Notes under the pieces: generated by a model
Database searches by the model: none
What the model was told of the DNA's origin: nothing
The model's input: the letters and a program-made list of their open reading frames with translations, nothing else
Program-made: the position numbers and the translations under genes
Shown: positions 28,422 through 36,232 of the stretch, one piece after another
Layout: every line of letters begins with the position of its first letter
Numbering within the stretch: position 1 is the first letter of the stretch
Assembly (NCBI GenBank): GCA_964400365.1
Contig: CAYNTZ010000001.1
Span: 1 to 37,999 of the forward strand
Reading direction: 5' to 3'
Length of the DNA stretch: 37,999 nucleotides
DNA from: an uncultured Planctomycetales bacterium
Lineage (GTDB): Bacteria; Omnitrophota; Gorgyraeia; Zapsychrales; Fredricksoniimonadaceae

Positions 28422-29440
28422 TTGAGCTTAACAGCCTTTTTTAATTCATCTAATTCAATGGCAACAGCACCCATCTTGCCAACCACCACACCGGCTGCAA
28501 AATTAGCTATATCCGCCGCTTGGCGCTTATCCGCACGCACGGCCAAACAAAGGGCAAAGACAGAAATTACCGTATCCCCAGCACCAGACACATCAAAAAC
28601 TTCCTGTGCCCGCGTAGCTATAGGGAAAGGTTTCCTATCTCCTTCAAAAAGATACATGCCATGTTCACCTAAGGTAATTAACAATGAGTCAATCCCTAAA
28701 TATTTCAATAAACCTCGGCCGTTAGCTTCAATCTCAGCCTTTGTCTCTAAACGCGTTGAACAGATGCCAAAGGCTTTACGGGTTTCAACAGGAATGGCTT
28801 TTAAGGCTGTTTCAGCTTCCTTCTTATTGGGAGTGATACAGGTGACCTGGCCATAGGCACGCAAATCGTCTAACTTAGGGTCTACAATCACCGGCACACC
28901 AACCGCCTTAGCAGCCTCATGAACCTTAAGCAATAAAGTAGAATCAATAAGACCCTTACCATAATCAGAAATAATAATGGCTTGGAAAGCCTTAATGGAA
29001 CGGGCTAAAAAGGGAAGGATTTTCTTCGCCTTAATTGAATCAGCCTCGCCGGCAGCAGGGCTTTCACGGTCAAGCCTAACAATTTGCTGGTGCTGGGCAA
29101 TAATACGGGTTTTTAGGATTGTATCCATCTGGGGATCCACAAAAATCCCCTGTGTGCGGATATGCCTTTTAGCTAACTCTGCTTTAAGGATGCTGCCTTC
29201 AATGTCATCCCCAATCTTCCCCACCAAGGTCACATCAACCCCCAAGCTAGCCAAATTGTTAGCTACATTGGCTGCTCCACCCGGTGTAAAAAAAGACTCT
29301 TGCTGAAGCACAATCGGCACTGGCGCTTCCGGCGAAATACGACTGACCGAGCCCTTGATATACTGATCAAGCACCAGGTCGCCAATCACAAGCAGGCGCT
29401 TACCCTTAAAACGGGCAATAATGGAAGAATAGTTTGACAT
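28418..29440 (-). CDS. hldA: D-glycero-beta-D-manno-heptose-7-phosphate kinase, stand-alone RfaE domain I (no adenylyltransferase domain)
   Basis: 340-aa pfkB-family kinase. It carries VIGDLVLDQYIKGSVSRISPEAPVPIV, GGAANVANNLASLG and DVSGAGDTV. It ends where E. coli HldE would continue into domain II. Confidence 0.83.
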   Translation of the reverse strand: MSNYSSIIARFKGKRLLVIGDLVLDQYIKGSVSRISPEAPVPIVLQQESFFTPGGAANVANNLASLGVDVTLVGKIGDDIEGSILKAELAKRHIRTQGIFVDPQMDTILKTRIIAQHQQIVRLDRESPAAGEADSIKAKKILPFLARSIKAFQAIIISDYGKGLIDSTLLLKVHEAAKAVGVPVIVDPKLDDLRAYGQVTCITPNKKEAETALKAIPVETRKAFGICSTRLETKAEIEANGRGLLKYLGIDSLLITLGEHGMYLFEGDRKPFPIATRAQEVFDVSGAGDTVISVFALCLAVRADKRQAADIANFAAGVVVGKMGAVAIELDELKKAVKLK

Positions 29441-29480
29441 AACCCTAATAATTTAAATAAATTAGCTTCAAAGAGGCGTT

Positions 29481-29509
29481 ATTGTAACACAGCCTTGAGG
29501 TAGCGTCAA
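29481..29509 (-). promoter_or_regulatory. Candidate sigma70 promoter for the hldA-kdsBADC-lpt operon
   Basis: The minus strand reads TTGACG (29509-29504), then a 17-nt spacer, then TACAAT (29486-29481). It lies about 40 nt upstream of the hldA ATG. Confidence 0.55.
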
Positions 29510-29510
29510 A

Positions 29511-29540
29511 TTAAAGCTAATCAGGGACTAACCTGATTAA
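29511..29540 (-). terminator. Candidate intrinsic terminator after the 163-aa gene
   Basis: The minus-strand RNA reads UAAUCAGG-UUAGUC-CCUGAUUA followed by GCUUUAAUUU. That is an 8-bp stem with only 3 G-C pairs and an interrupted U-tract, so it is weak. Confidence 0.4.
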
Positions 29541-30032
29541 TTACTGACCAAGAGATATGTTAACCGCTGTATTTTGACCTGCATTTTCAAGATAATCAAC
29601 ATCCACCTCATCCCCAATCTTAATACCTGTAATTGTAGCTGGAGATTGATCCACATAGATATTGGTTTTATCAGAAATAAGGAACCTTACTCTTCCAGTC
29701 CCTGCCACATCAACAAAAACCATTGTCCCTCGGGCATTAAAAAAACCAACCTTACCAGAAACTGATTTTGCCCCAGCCGGCACTGTTTTCTTCACAATCA
29801 CACGCTTAGTCACCACTTCCTTTTTAACCGGCTCAACTACTTCAGGTAAAACAGCAGGAACAGGAATAGATTCAGGAACAGGCTCCGGAACAGTTTCAGC
29901 AACAACAGTCGCCGGCTCTTCAATCCCAGCTTCAAGCGCCGCTGGCGGATCTATGACTGGCAATGAATCTTCCGCGCGCACAATAGCTGTGGCTGTTAAC
30001 AAAAAACCTAAAACTAAGAATAATGCGTGCAT
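29541..30032 (-). CDS. Secreted protein of unknown function (Pro/Glu/Val-rich linker plus beta-rich C-terminal domain)
   Basis: 163 aa. A signal peptide (MHALFLVLGFLLTATAIVRAED) is followed by an EPxxVP-type low-complexity stretch and then a roughly 75-aa globular-looking C-terminus. I recognise no family. Confidence 0.6.
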   Translation of the reverse strand: MHALFLVLGFLLTATAIVRAEDSLPVIDPPAALEAGIEEPATVVAETVPEPVPESIPVPAVLPEVVEPVKKEVVTKRVIVKKTVPAGAKSVSGKVGFFNARGTMVFVDVAGTGRVRFLISDKTNIYVDQSPATITGIKIGDEVDVDYLENAGQNTAVNISLGQ

Positions 30033-30054
30033 AACATCCTCCCTTATTTATAAA

Positions 30055-31125
30055 TTACCAATTAAAAATTGACTGCGCATCCCTGCTAAAAATCACTTCA
30101 ACCTGATTTAACACGTCATCAACCGTAATGGAATCCGGCTTTCCTGAAAGCACCTGCGCTTCTTTATTTAAACGTATCTCATCGCCTTTCTTATTAGCCA
30201 ACACATAGCCTTTAGGGCCTAACGGTTTCCAACGTTCAGGATTAATGCCCGGCTGATTCCTTAAGAAAAGCGAAATAACATTAATCCCCGCCGCTGATGC
30301 CACATGGACAGGGCCCGAATCATTTGATATTAATAAACGGCTCCTGCGCAATAAACTCACTGTCTGCCCAACCGTGGTCTGGCCAGTTAAATCAAGCACC
30401 AAGGAAGCCTGCCTTGATTGCTTTAATATCTCTTGAGCTAAGCCCACCGCATCCTTACCGCCAACCAAAACTATCTTTAAGGCATACCTGCCGGCTAAAC
30501 TGTCAATCAACCCAGCAAAATTGACCGTAGGCCAACATTTAGACGCATCGGAAGCACTTGGATGGATAGCTATCACCTCATGGGGCTTAACCTGATGGTC
30601 AATAAATAATTGGTTAACCCAACCTTCTGCCTCACGCTTGACAGGCACAAATAAATCCAGCCCAGCCGGCTCTATCCCCATCGCGGCTAACAGGTCAAGG
30701 CAATATTGGGCTTCATGCTTTTGGCCTAAATGACGGACATCAACAACCGGATGGGTCAACAAAAACCCAAATTTATTATCCTTATAACCCACCCGCACAG
30801 GGACACCCGCGGCAAAACAAGCCAGGTTATACCTACGTTTTGTATGAAAAACAAAGGCTATGTCAAATTGGCCCAAACGGATGTCACGCGCTAATTGCAA
30901 GAACCCAAACAAATCCTTATGGCGCCCTGCTCTCTCGTCAACAATCACATCATCAATGTAGGGATTTCCTTCAACCAAATCAACCGTTGCTGGTGAAACT
31001 AAGACAGCGATGCGCGCAGAAGGATACGCCTTGCGTAAAGCTTTAAACGCCGGCGTTGTTAATACCACATCGCCAATACGATCTGTCCTGATAATTAGGA
31101 TATTCTTAAATGGCACAAGAATCAC
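30055..31125 (-). CDS. Glycosyltransferase family 9 (heptosyltransferase-like)
   Basis: 356 aa. It has the GT9 N-terminal NILIIRTDRIGDVVLTTPAFKALRKAYP and the C-terminal NDSGPVHVASAAG motif. It lacks the C-terminal Cys cluster of its neighbours. Confidence 0.85.
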   Translation of the reverse strand: MILVPFKNILIIRTDRIGDVVLTTPAFKALRKAYPSARIAVLVSPATVDLVEGNPYIDDVIVDERAGRHKDLFGFLQLARDIRLGQFDIAFVFHTKRRYNLACFAAGVPVRVGYKDNKFGFLLTHPVVDVRHLGQKHEAQYCLDLLAAMGIEPAGLDLFVPVKREAEGWVNQLFIDHQVKPHEVIAIHPSASDASKCWPTVNFAGLIDSLAGRYALKIVLVGGKDAVGLAQEILKQSRQASLVLDLTGQTTVGQTVSLLRRSRLLISNDSGPVHVASAAGINVISLFLRNQPGINPERWKPLGPKGYVLANKKGDEIRLNKEAQVLSGKPDSITVDDVLNQVEVIFSRDAQSIFNW

Positions 31126-32103
31126 TCAAAGGTTTTTAAATGCGTTTAACACATCCTCAACACTGATGGCTGACATACAATTATGAGCAAGATTGCCCTT
31201 GCGGTCAAGGCATCGCGGACAATTTTTATTACGCTGCACCACCTGGTAACGTTCCCCCCAGGGCCTAGACTCAGCTGGATCAGTGGGCCCAAAAAGGGCT
31301 ATCGTCGGAATATTTAAATAACTGGCAATATGCATAATCCCGCTATCATGCACAATCGCACACGCAGCACTTTTTAGTATTTGCGCCACCTGCACTAAAT
31401 CGGTTTTGCCGGAAAGGTCAAGCGCTTGATTAGATAACTGCGCGTTAATACCCTGCAAGATATCCTTATCCTGGGGGCCGCCAACCAAGATGACCTTTAA
31501 CCCATGTTCCTGCATTAATCTTAAACAAACCTGGGCAAAGCCTTGGGGATTCCAGGTCTTAGCTGAATCAGCGGCGAGCGGCGCCACCAACGCAAAGGAT
31601 TCACCGGGTTTAATAAACCCCGCCAATAAATCCTTCACATAGGCGATATCTGCTTCGCCCACATCAATGGCTTGCTTAAAGGTGGCTGCCTCATCAAAAG
31701 GATACAGGGCGCGCAGGCGTGCTAGATGCTGTTGGACTAAATGGGTGTTTTTATTAACCGCCAGCATAGGCGGAGTCACATAACGGGCATTTAAGAAAAA
31801 TGGGATCACGGTATTGCGCAAATCAATCACCACGTCAAAACGCCGCGCCTGCAATTTAAATACCCACCGCAGCTGCTCTACCCACGACGCATGTTTGTCA
31901 AAGACAATGGCCTCGATATGCTCATTGCCTTTAAAGATGGATACTGCCTTGGGGCCCACCACGACGGTAATTTTGGCTTGTGGAAAATCGCGGCGCAAGA
32001 TATCCAGCACCGGGCAATTCATTAGCACATCACCAATATTGGTCAGGCTAATGACTAAGATATTTTTAATTGAAGAATTCTTTGATAGCTTGGGCCACAT
32101 CAC
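31126..32103 (-). CDS. Glycosyltransferase family 9 (heptosyltransferase-like)
   Basis: 325 aa with NILVISLTNIGDVLMNCPVLDILRRDFP, HDSGIMHIASYL and the C-terminal CPRC...NCM. The track start at 32103 is GTG and an ATG lies at 32100. Either start overlaps the upstream gene by about 35-38 nt. Confidence 0.85.
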   Translation of the reverse strand: MMWPKLSKNSSIKNILVISLTNIGDVLMNCPVLDILRRDFPQAKITVVVGPKAVSIFKGNEHIEAIVFDKHASWVEQLRWVFKLQARRFDVVIDLRNTVIPFFLNARYVTPPMLAVNKNTHLVQQHLARLRALYPFDEAATFKQAIDVGEADIAYVKDLLAGFIKPGESFALVAPLAADSAKTWNPQGFAQVCLRLMQEHGLKVILVGGPQDKDILQGINAQLSNQALDLSGKTDLVQVAQILKSAACAIVHDSGIMHIASYLNIPTIALFGPTDPAESRPWGERYQVVQRNKNCPRCLDRKGNLAHNCMSAISVEDVLNAFKNL

Positions 32104-33073
32104 TAACCTTTACCGCTTGCATGCACAGATTACTTTTACAGCTTAATAAATAGCAGGGTGTTTTATTACACCCTAACTCATGGAACAACACCTGCACCGC
32201 GCCAACAGCCCTGGGGCCAGTGATTTCAGGACGGGTGGGGCCAAAAATAGCAATCACCTTAGCCCCCACACTTTGCGCCAAATGTAACGGCCCGCTATCC
32301 GCGGAAACAACCACCCGGGCGCGCTTAAATAAGGCCAGCGACTCACCCAAACTGCTTTGCCCGGCTAAGACAATCCCCTTAATCCCGGCTTGATGTAAAA
32401 TAGTTTCACCTAAGTGTTTATCCTGAGCTCCGCCGGAAATAACAATCCGCACCTTAAATTCACGATTGACCACTGCAGCTAATTGCGCCCACAAATCGAC
32501 AGGCCAACGTTTTAAATCCCAGTTGCCGCCTGGATTAAACACCACAAAATCTTCCCCCTCCAAGACGCCCGCTTGCGCTAATTTCACATCCAGGGATTTC
32601 ATGTCAGGCAATTTTAAAGAAAGCTCACCACCGCGCTCATCCACCTTAACACCAAAATCTTCCACCACCTTTAAATACACATCCCCCCGGTGCAGGTCGC
32701 CCGTAGGAAAATCGATGGCCTGAGTTAACAGCCATTTTGTTTTTGAATACCCCACCCGCACGGGGATACCTGCTAAGAACACCAAGAGCGCACGCGTCAT
32801 GGAACGATGCAGCACAAAGGCTGCATCAAAATGACCGGCACGGATTTGACCGATGATTTTTAACTTCTGCCAGGGCCAGCGGTGCTTTTTACGCTCATCG
32901 TAAATAATAAATTTATCCACATAGGGGCAATAATCCAATACTTCCTTAACCCGGGGGACACAAAGACAGGTCAGCTGTGCTTGTGGGTATGCTTTTTTCA
33001 ATGCCTTAAATACAGGAACTGAAAAAATCGCGTCGCCTAACCAATTAATATTAACAACGAGTATATTCTTCAT
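32066..33073 (-). CDS. Glycosyltransferase family 9 (heptosyltransferase-like)
   Basis: 335 aa with MKNILVVNINWLGDAIFSVPVFKALKKAYP, ADSGPLHLAQSVG and the C-terminal CNKTPCYLLSCKSNLCM. Confidence 0.85.
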   Translation of the reverse strand: MKNILVVNINWLGDAIFSVPVFKALKKAYPQAQLTCLCVPRVKEVLDYCPYVDKFIIYDERKKHRWPWQKLKIIGQIRAGHFDAAFVLHRSMTRALLVFLAGIPVRVGYSKTKWLLTQAIDFPTGDLHRGDVYLKVVEDFGVKVDERGGELSLKLPDMKSLDVKLAQAGVLEGEDFVVFNPGGNWDLKRWPVDLWAQLAAVVNREFKVRIVISGGAQDKHLGETILHQAGIKGIVLAGQSSLGESLALFKRARVVVSADSGPLHLAQSVGAKVIAIFGPTRPEITGPRAVGAVQVLFHELGCNKTPCYLLSCKSNLCMQAVKVSDVAQAIKEFFN

Positions 33074-34148
33074 ATAATTTAATCACCTGAAGCGTCATCT
33101 CTTTTGAATCAAAATTGGTTTCAACCTGTATGCGCGCCTGCTTAGCCATCAATTGGGCCTGGGCTGGATTATTTAACATTCGCACAATGGCCTGGGCTAA
33201 CGCCTGCGCATCGGCCGGCTTAACCAAGAAACCAGTATGGCCGTCTTTAACTAAATCAGGTAAACCTCCGACGTTAGAAGCAATCACCGCAATACCCGCC
33301 GCTTGCGCCTCCATCACGGATAAGCCTAAACCCTCCTGCAAGGAAGGCATCACAAAAACATCAAAGGCCCCTAAGATATCCGCGGTTTGATTGACAATCG
33401 AATCAAAACGCACATGGAGGCTCAATCCCAATTCTTCGGCGATACCTTGCAAACGCGCCTTATCCGGACCTTCACCAACAATCATTAACTGTGCCGTAGG
33501 CAATGACGCTAACACCAAGGGCATAGCCCTTAATAAGGTGTCAATCCCCTTTACAACTGAAAGCCGGGCAATAATACCAATCACCGGATCAGCAGTAATC
33601 CGCCACTGTTGGCGCTTAAGTTGCCGCTCTTGGGGTGTCGTAAACTTAAATTGCGCTACCTCAATGCCATTAGGGATAAAACAAACCTTAGCCTGCGGCA
33701 AATGAAAATCTTTTAATAAATGTTCTTCAACCGGACGACTGATGGCAATCACCGACCTTCCCCAGCAAGGCAGGATACGGCGAAAAAACCGCGGCCTAAA
33801 AAACCCATGACAGGTGCTTAGCATCGGAACCTTTGTTAAGGCCGATATAAACTCCCCTATCACCTGCGTTACCCTAGTTTGCGCGTGGATGATGTTAATC
33901 TGCTCGCGCTTCACCACATCCAGCAGCTTAGGCAGGGCTAACCATAATTTAGGATGGGCCTCGCTCTTTACCTTGATATCAAACTGATAATGCCGCCCCC
34001 CGACCCGCTCTAACGCTGCTACACAATCCCCACCGCTGGAAACCACCACCACCTGATGACCTGCCTTTACCAAACCGCCAGATAAGGTCAGCAGGTAACT
34101 GGTAATGCCGCCGGTATTCATATGTGTCGTTAAAAAAAGGATTTTCAT
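33051..34148 (-). CDS. Glycosyltransferase family 4 (GT-B, group 1)
   Basis: 365 aa. The N-terminal is GG-containing, as in GT4 (MNTGGITSY). The EX7E-type region is PSLQEGLGLSVMEAQAAGIAVIASNVGGLPDLV. Confidence 0.85.
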   Translation of the reverse strand: MKILFLTTHMNTGGITSYLLTLSGGLVKAGHQVVVVSSGGDCVAALERVGGRHYQFDIKVKSEAHPKLWLALPKLLDVVKREQINIIHAQTRVTQVIGEFISALTKVPMLSTCHGFFRPRFFRRILPCWGRSVIAISRPVEEHLLKDFHLPQAKVCFIPNGIEVAQFKFTTPQERQLKRQQWRITADPVIGIIARLSVVKGIDTLLRAMPLVLASLPTAQLMIVGEGPDKARLQGIAEELGLSLHVRFDSIVNQTADILGAFDVFVMPSLQEGLGLSVMEAQAAGIAVIASNVGGLPDLVKDGHTGFLVKPADAQALAQAIVRMLNNPAQAQLMAKQARIQVETNFDSKEMTLQVIKLYEEYTRC

Positions 34149-36232
34149 TTAATCAACTTAAGCACCTGTTTAGCCACTTCTTCCGGAGAAATTTCCTTCA
34201 TGCACGCCTGTGTATTTATTTTACATACACCTGAATAGCAGGGCGAACATTTTAAAGCCTTATTAATGACAAGACCCGCACTAACCGGCGGCATATGCCG
34301 CTTAGGGTCGGTAGGCCCAAAGAGGGCAATCACCGGCACCCCTTGAGAGGCAGCCACATGCAAAGGCGCTGAATCAGGACCGACATAGGCCTTACATCGT
34401 TTAATCAAGGCCGCTAATTGCAAAATATTAGTCTTACCAACAAAGGACGCTGGCTTCGCCTTAGCCTTGGCAATCAACTGCCTCACCAAGGCCTTGTCCT
34501 TATCCTGACCTGTCAAGATGACCCGGATATTTTTCGCCCCCAAAATATCACATAACCGCGCCATATGCTCCAACGGCCAATTTTTACTCGACCAATGGGC
34601 AGAAGCAGCGACATTAAGACCGATAAAAAGCTGCTTACTATCTAACCACTCACTTTCCAACAAACCCTGCACATAGGCCTCATCCTTTGCTGATGGCCAC
34701 AATTCCAAACGCAAATCAGGATGATAATCAATCCCCAGCATCTTTAAAATCCTAAATTGATGCTCTACAGGGGGAATATCCTTGATATCATTCTTGATTT
34801 TCTTAGAAAGTAAAAATGAAAACTTACCATTGTCATACCCATAGCTATCCTTAGGCGCAGCCAAGAATGAAAGCCAATGGCTGATGCGGTTATTTTGCAG
34901 GTCAATGACCTTATCGAAACGATACCGGCGTAACTCACGCCCCATGCGGCAGACTGCGCCAAATTGCTTATCCTTAGGGTCAAATAAAATAATGCCCGTC
35001 AGGTAAGGGCAACGCTGCAAAACAGGGCTTGCCTCGGGCGAGGTTAAACAATAAATATGCGCTTGGGGAAATTTAGCACGCAAGGCTTTAAGCGCCGCTG
35101 TAATTAAAACCACATCCCCCACCGCTGTCAACTTCACCACCAAGATTGACATTGAACACATCAATTCACGGTAAACATCAAGCGTAGACTCAGCCATATG
35201 CGTCAAGGTATACCGCGCATCGATTTTCTTGCGCGCTTCAACCACTAACCCTTGGGCCAAAACCGGATCAGATAACAAACGCACCACAGCCTGGGCCATA
35301 GCCTGCTCATCTTTAGGCAAAACCAAAAGGCCCGTTTTCTCATGCTCAATAATTTCGCTAACGCCCCCTACCCGTGTCGCCACCACCGGAACACCGGCAG
35401 CTTGGGCCTCAATAATAACCCTGCCAAAAGCTTCCTGCGTGATAGTCGACAAGACCAAACAATCCGAGGCAGATAATAATTCCGGAATATCACGCCGATT
35501 GCCCATAAACTCAACATGAGCGGACAAGCCTAAACGTTTTGTTAAAAGCAACAATTCTTCCTTATATGCTTGTTTCTTGACAGGCGCATCGCCAATCACC
35601 TGTATCTTCACCTGCGGGAATTGTCGAACCACCAAGGCCATTGCCCTTAAGAAATATGGATGCCCTTTTAAAGGTGTAATGCGGCCAACCATGGTAATCG
35701 TAAAACTTTTAGGGTCAACCTTAAGGGGACGCGGCAGATTAAATTTACTCACATCAACCGATCGGGCAATCACCCGGATATTTTCCGCCGGAACCTTAAA
35801 ATCCTGGACCATATGGCGGCCAATCACCTCAGAAATCGCGATCACCAGCTTTCCCCAACCCATCACCCGACTAAAAAGATGTTGTGAATAATACCCATGG
35901 CAGGTGGTGATAAAATGAGCTTCTGTCTGACGCGTAGCAAAAAAACCAATCCAGGCTGGAACACGGGAACGCGCATGCACAATATCAATTTTCTCCGCAC
36001 GTATTATCTCAACTAATTTCTTTACACAATGAATCATGGTAAAGAGATTTTTCTTGTGCACTGGCAAGGTGTAATGTTTAGAACCATTTGATTCTAAGTC
36101 AGCCACCAAGGCTCCGCCATGGGAAACCACCACGGACTTATGCCCTTTGGCATTTAAATACTTAGCAAAATCAACTGTCCCCGTCTCTACCCCGCCTACA
36201 TGCAGCTCTGGAAGAATTTGTAGGATGTTCAT
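34145..36232 (-). CDS. Bifunctional GT4-GT9 fusion glycosyltransferase
   Basis: 695 aa. Residues 1 to about 358 form a GT4 domain (HVGGVETG; STITQEAFGRVIIEAQAAGVPVVATRVGG). Residues from about 361 to 695 form a GT9 domain (MSILVVKLTAVGDVVLITAALKALRAKFP; PDSAPLHVAASQG; CSPCYSGVCKINTQACM). The junction lies at about nt 35150, with an internal ATG at 35152. Confidence 0.85.
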   Translation of the reverse strand: MNILQILPELHVGGVETGTVDFAKYLNAKGHKSVVVSHGGALVADLESNGSKHYTLPVHKKNLFTMIHCVKKLVEIIRAEKIDIVHARSRVPAWIGFFATRQTEAHFITTCHGYYSQHLFSRVMGWGKLVIAISEVIGRHMVQDFKVPAENIRVIARSVDVSKFNLPRPLKVDPKSFTITMVGRITPLKGHPYFLRAMALVVRQFPQVKIQVIGDAPVKKQAYKEELLLLTKRLGLSAHVEFMGNRRDIPELLSASDCLVLSTITQEAFGRVIIEAQAAGVPVVATRVGGVSEIIEHEKTGLLVLPKDEQAMAQAVVRLLSDPVLAQGLVVEARKKIDARYTLTHMAESTLDVYRELMCSMSILVVKLTAVGDVVLITAALKALRAKFPQAHIYCLTSPEASPVLQRCPYLTGIILFDPKDKQFGAVCRMGRELRRYRFDKVIDLQNNRISHWLSFLAAPKDSYGYDNGKFSFLLSKKIKNDIKDIPPVEHQFRILKMLGIDYHPDLRLELWPSAKDEAYVQGLLESEWLDSKQLFIGLNVAASAHWSSKNWPLEHMARLCDILGAKNIRVILTGQDKDKALVRQLIAKAKAKPASFVGKTNILQLAALIKRCKAYVGPDSAPLHVAASQGVPVIALFGPTDPKRHMPPVSAGLVINKALKCSPCYSGVCKINTQACMKEISPEEVAKQVLKLIK

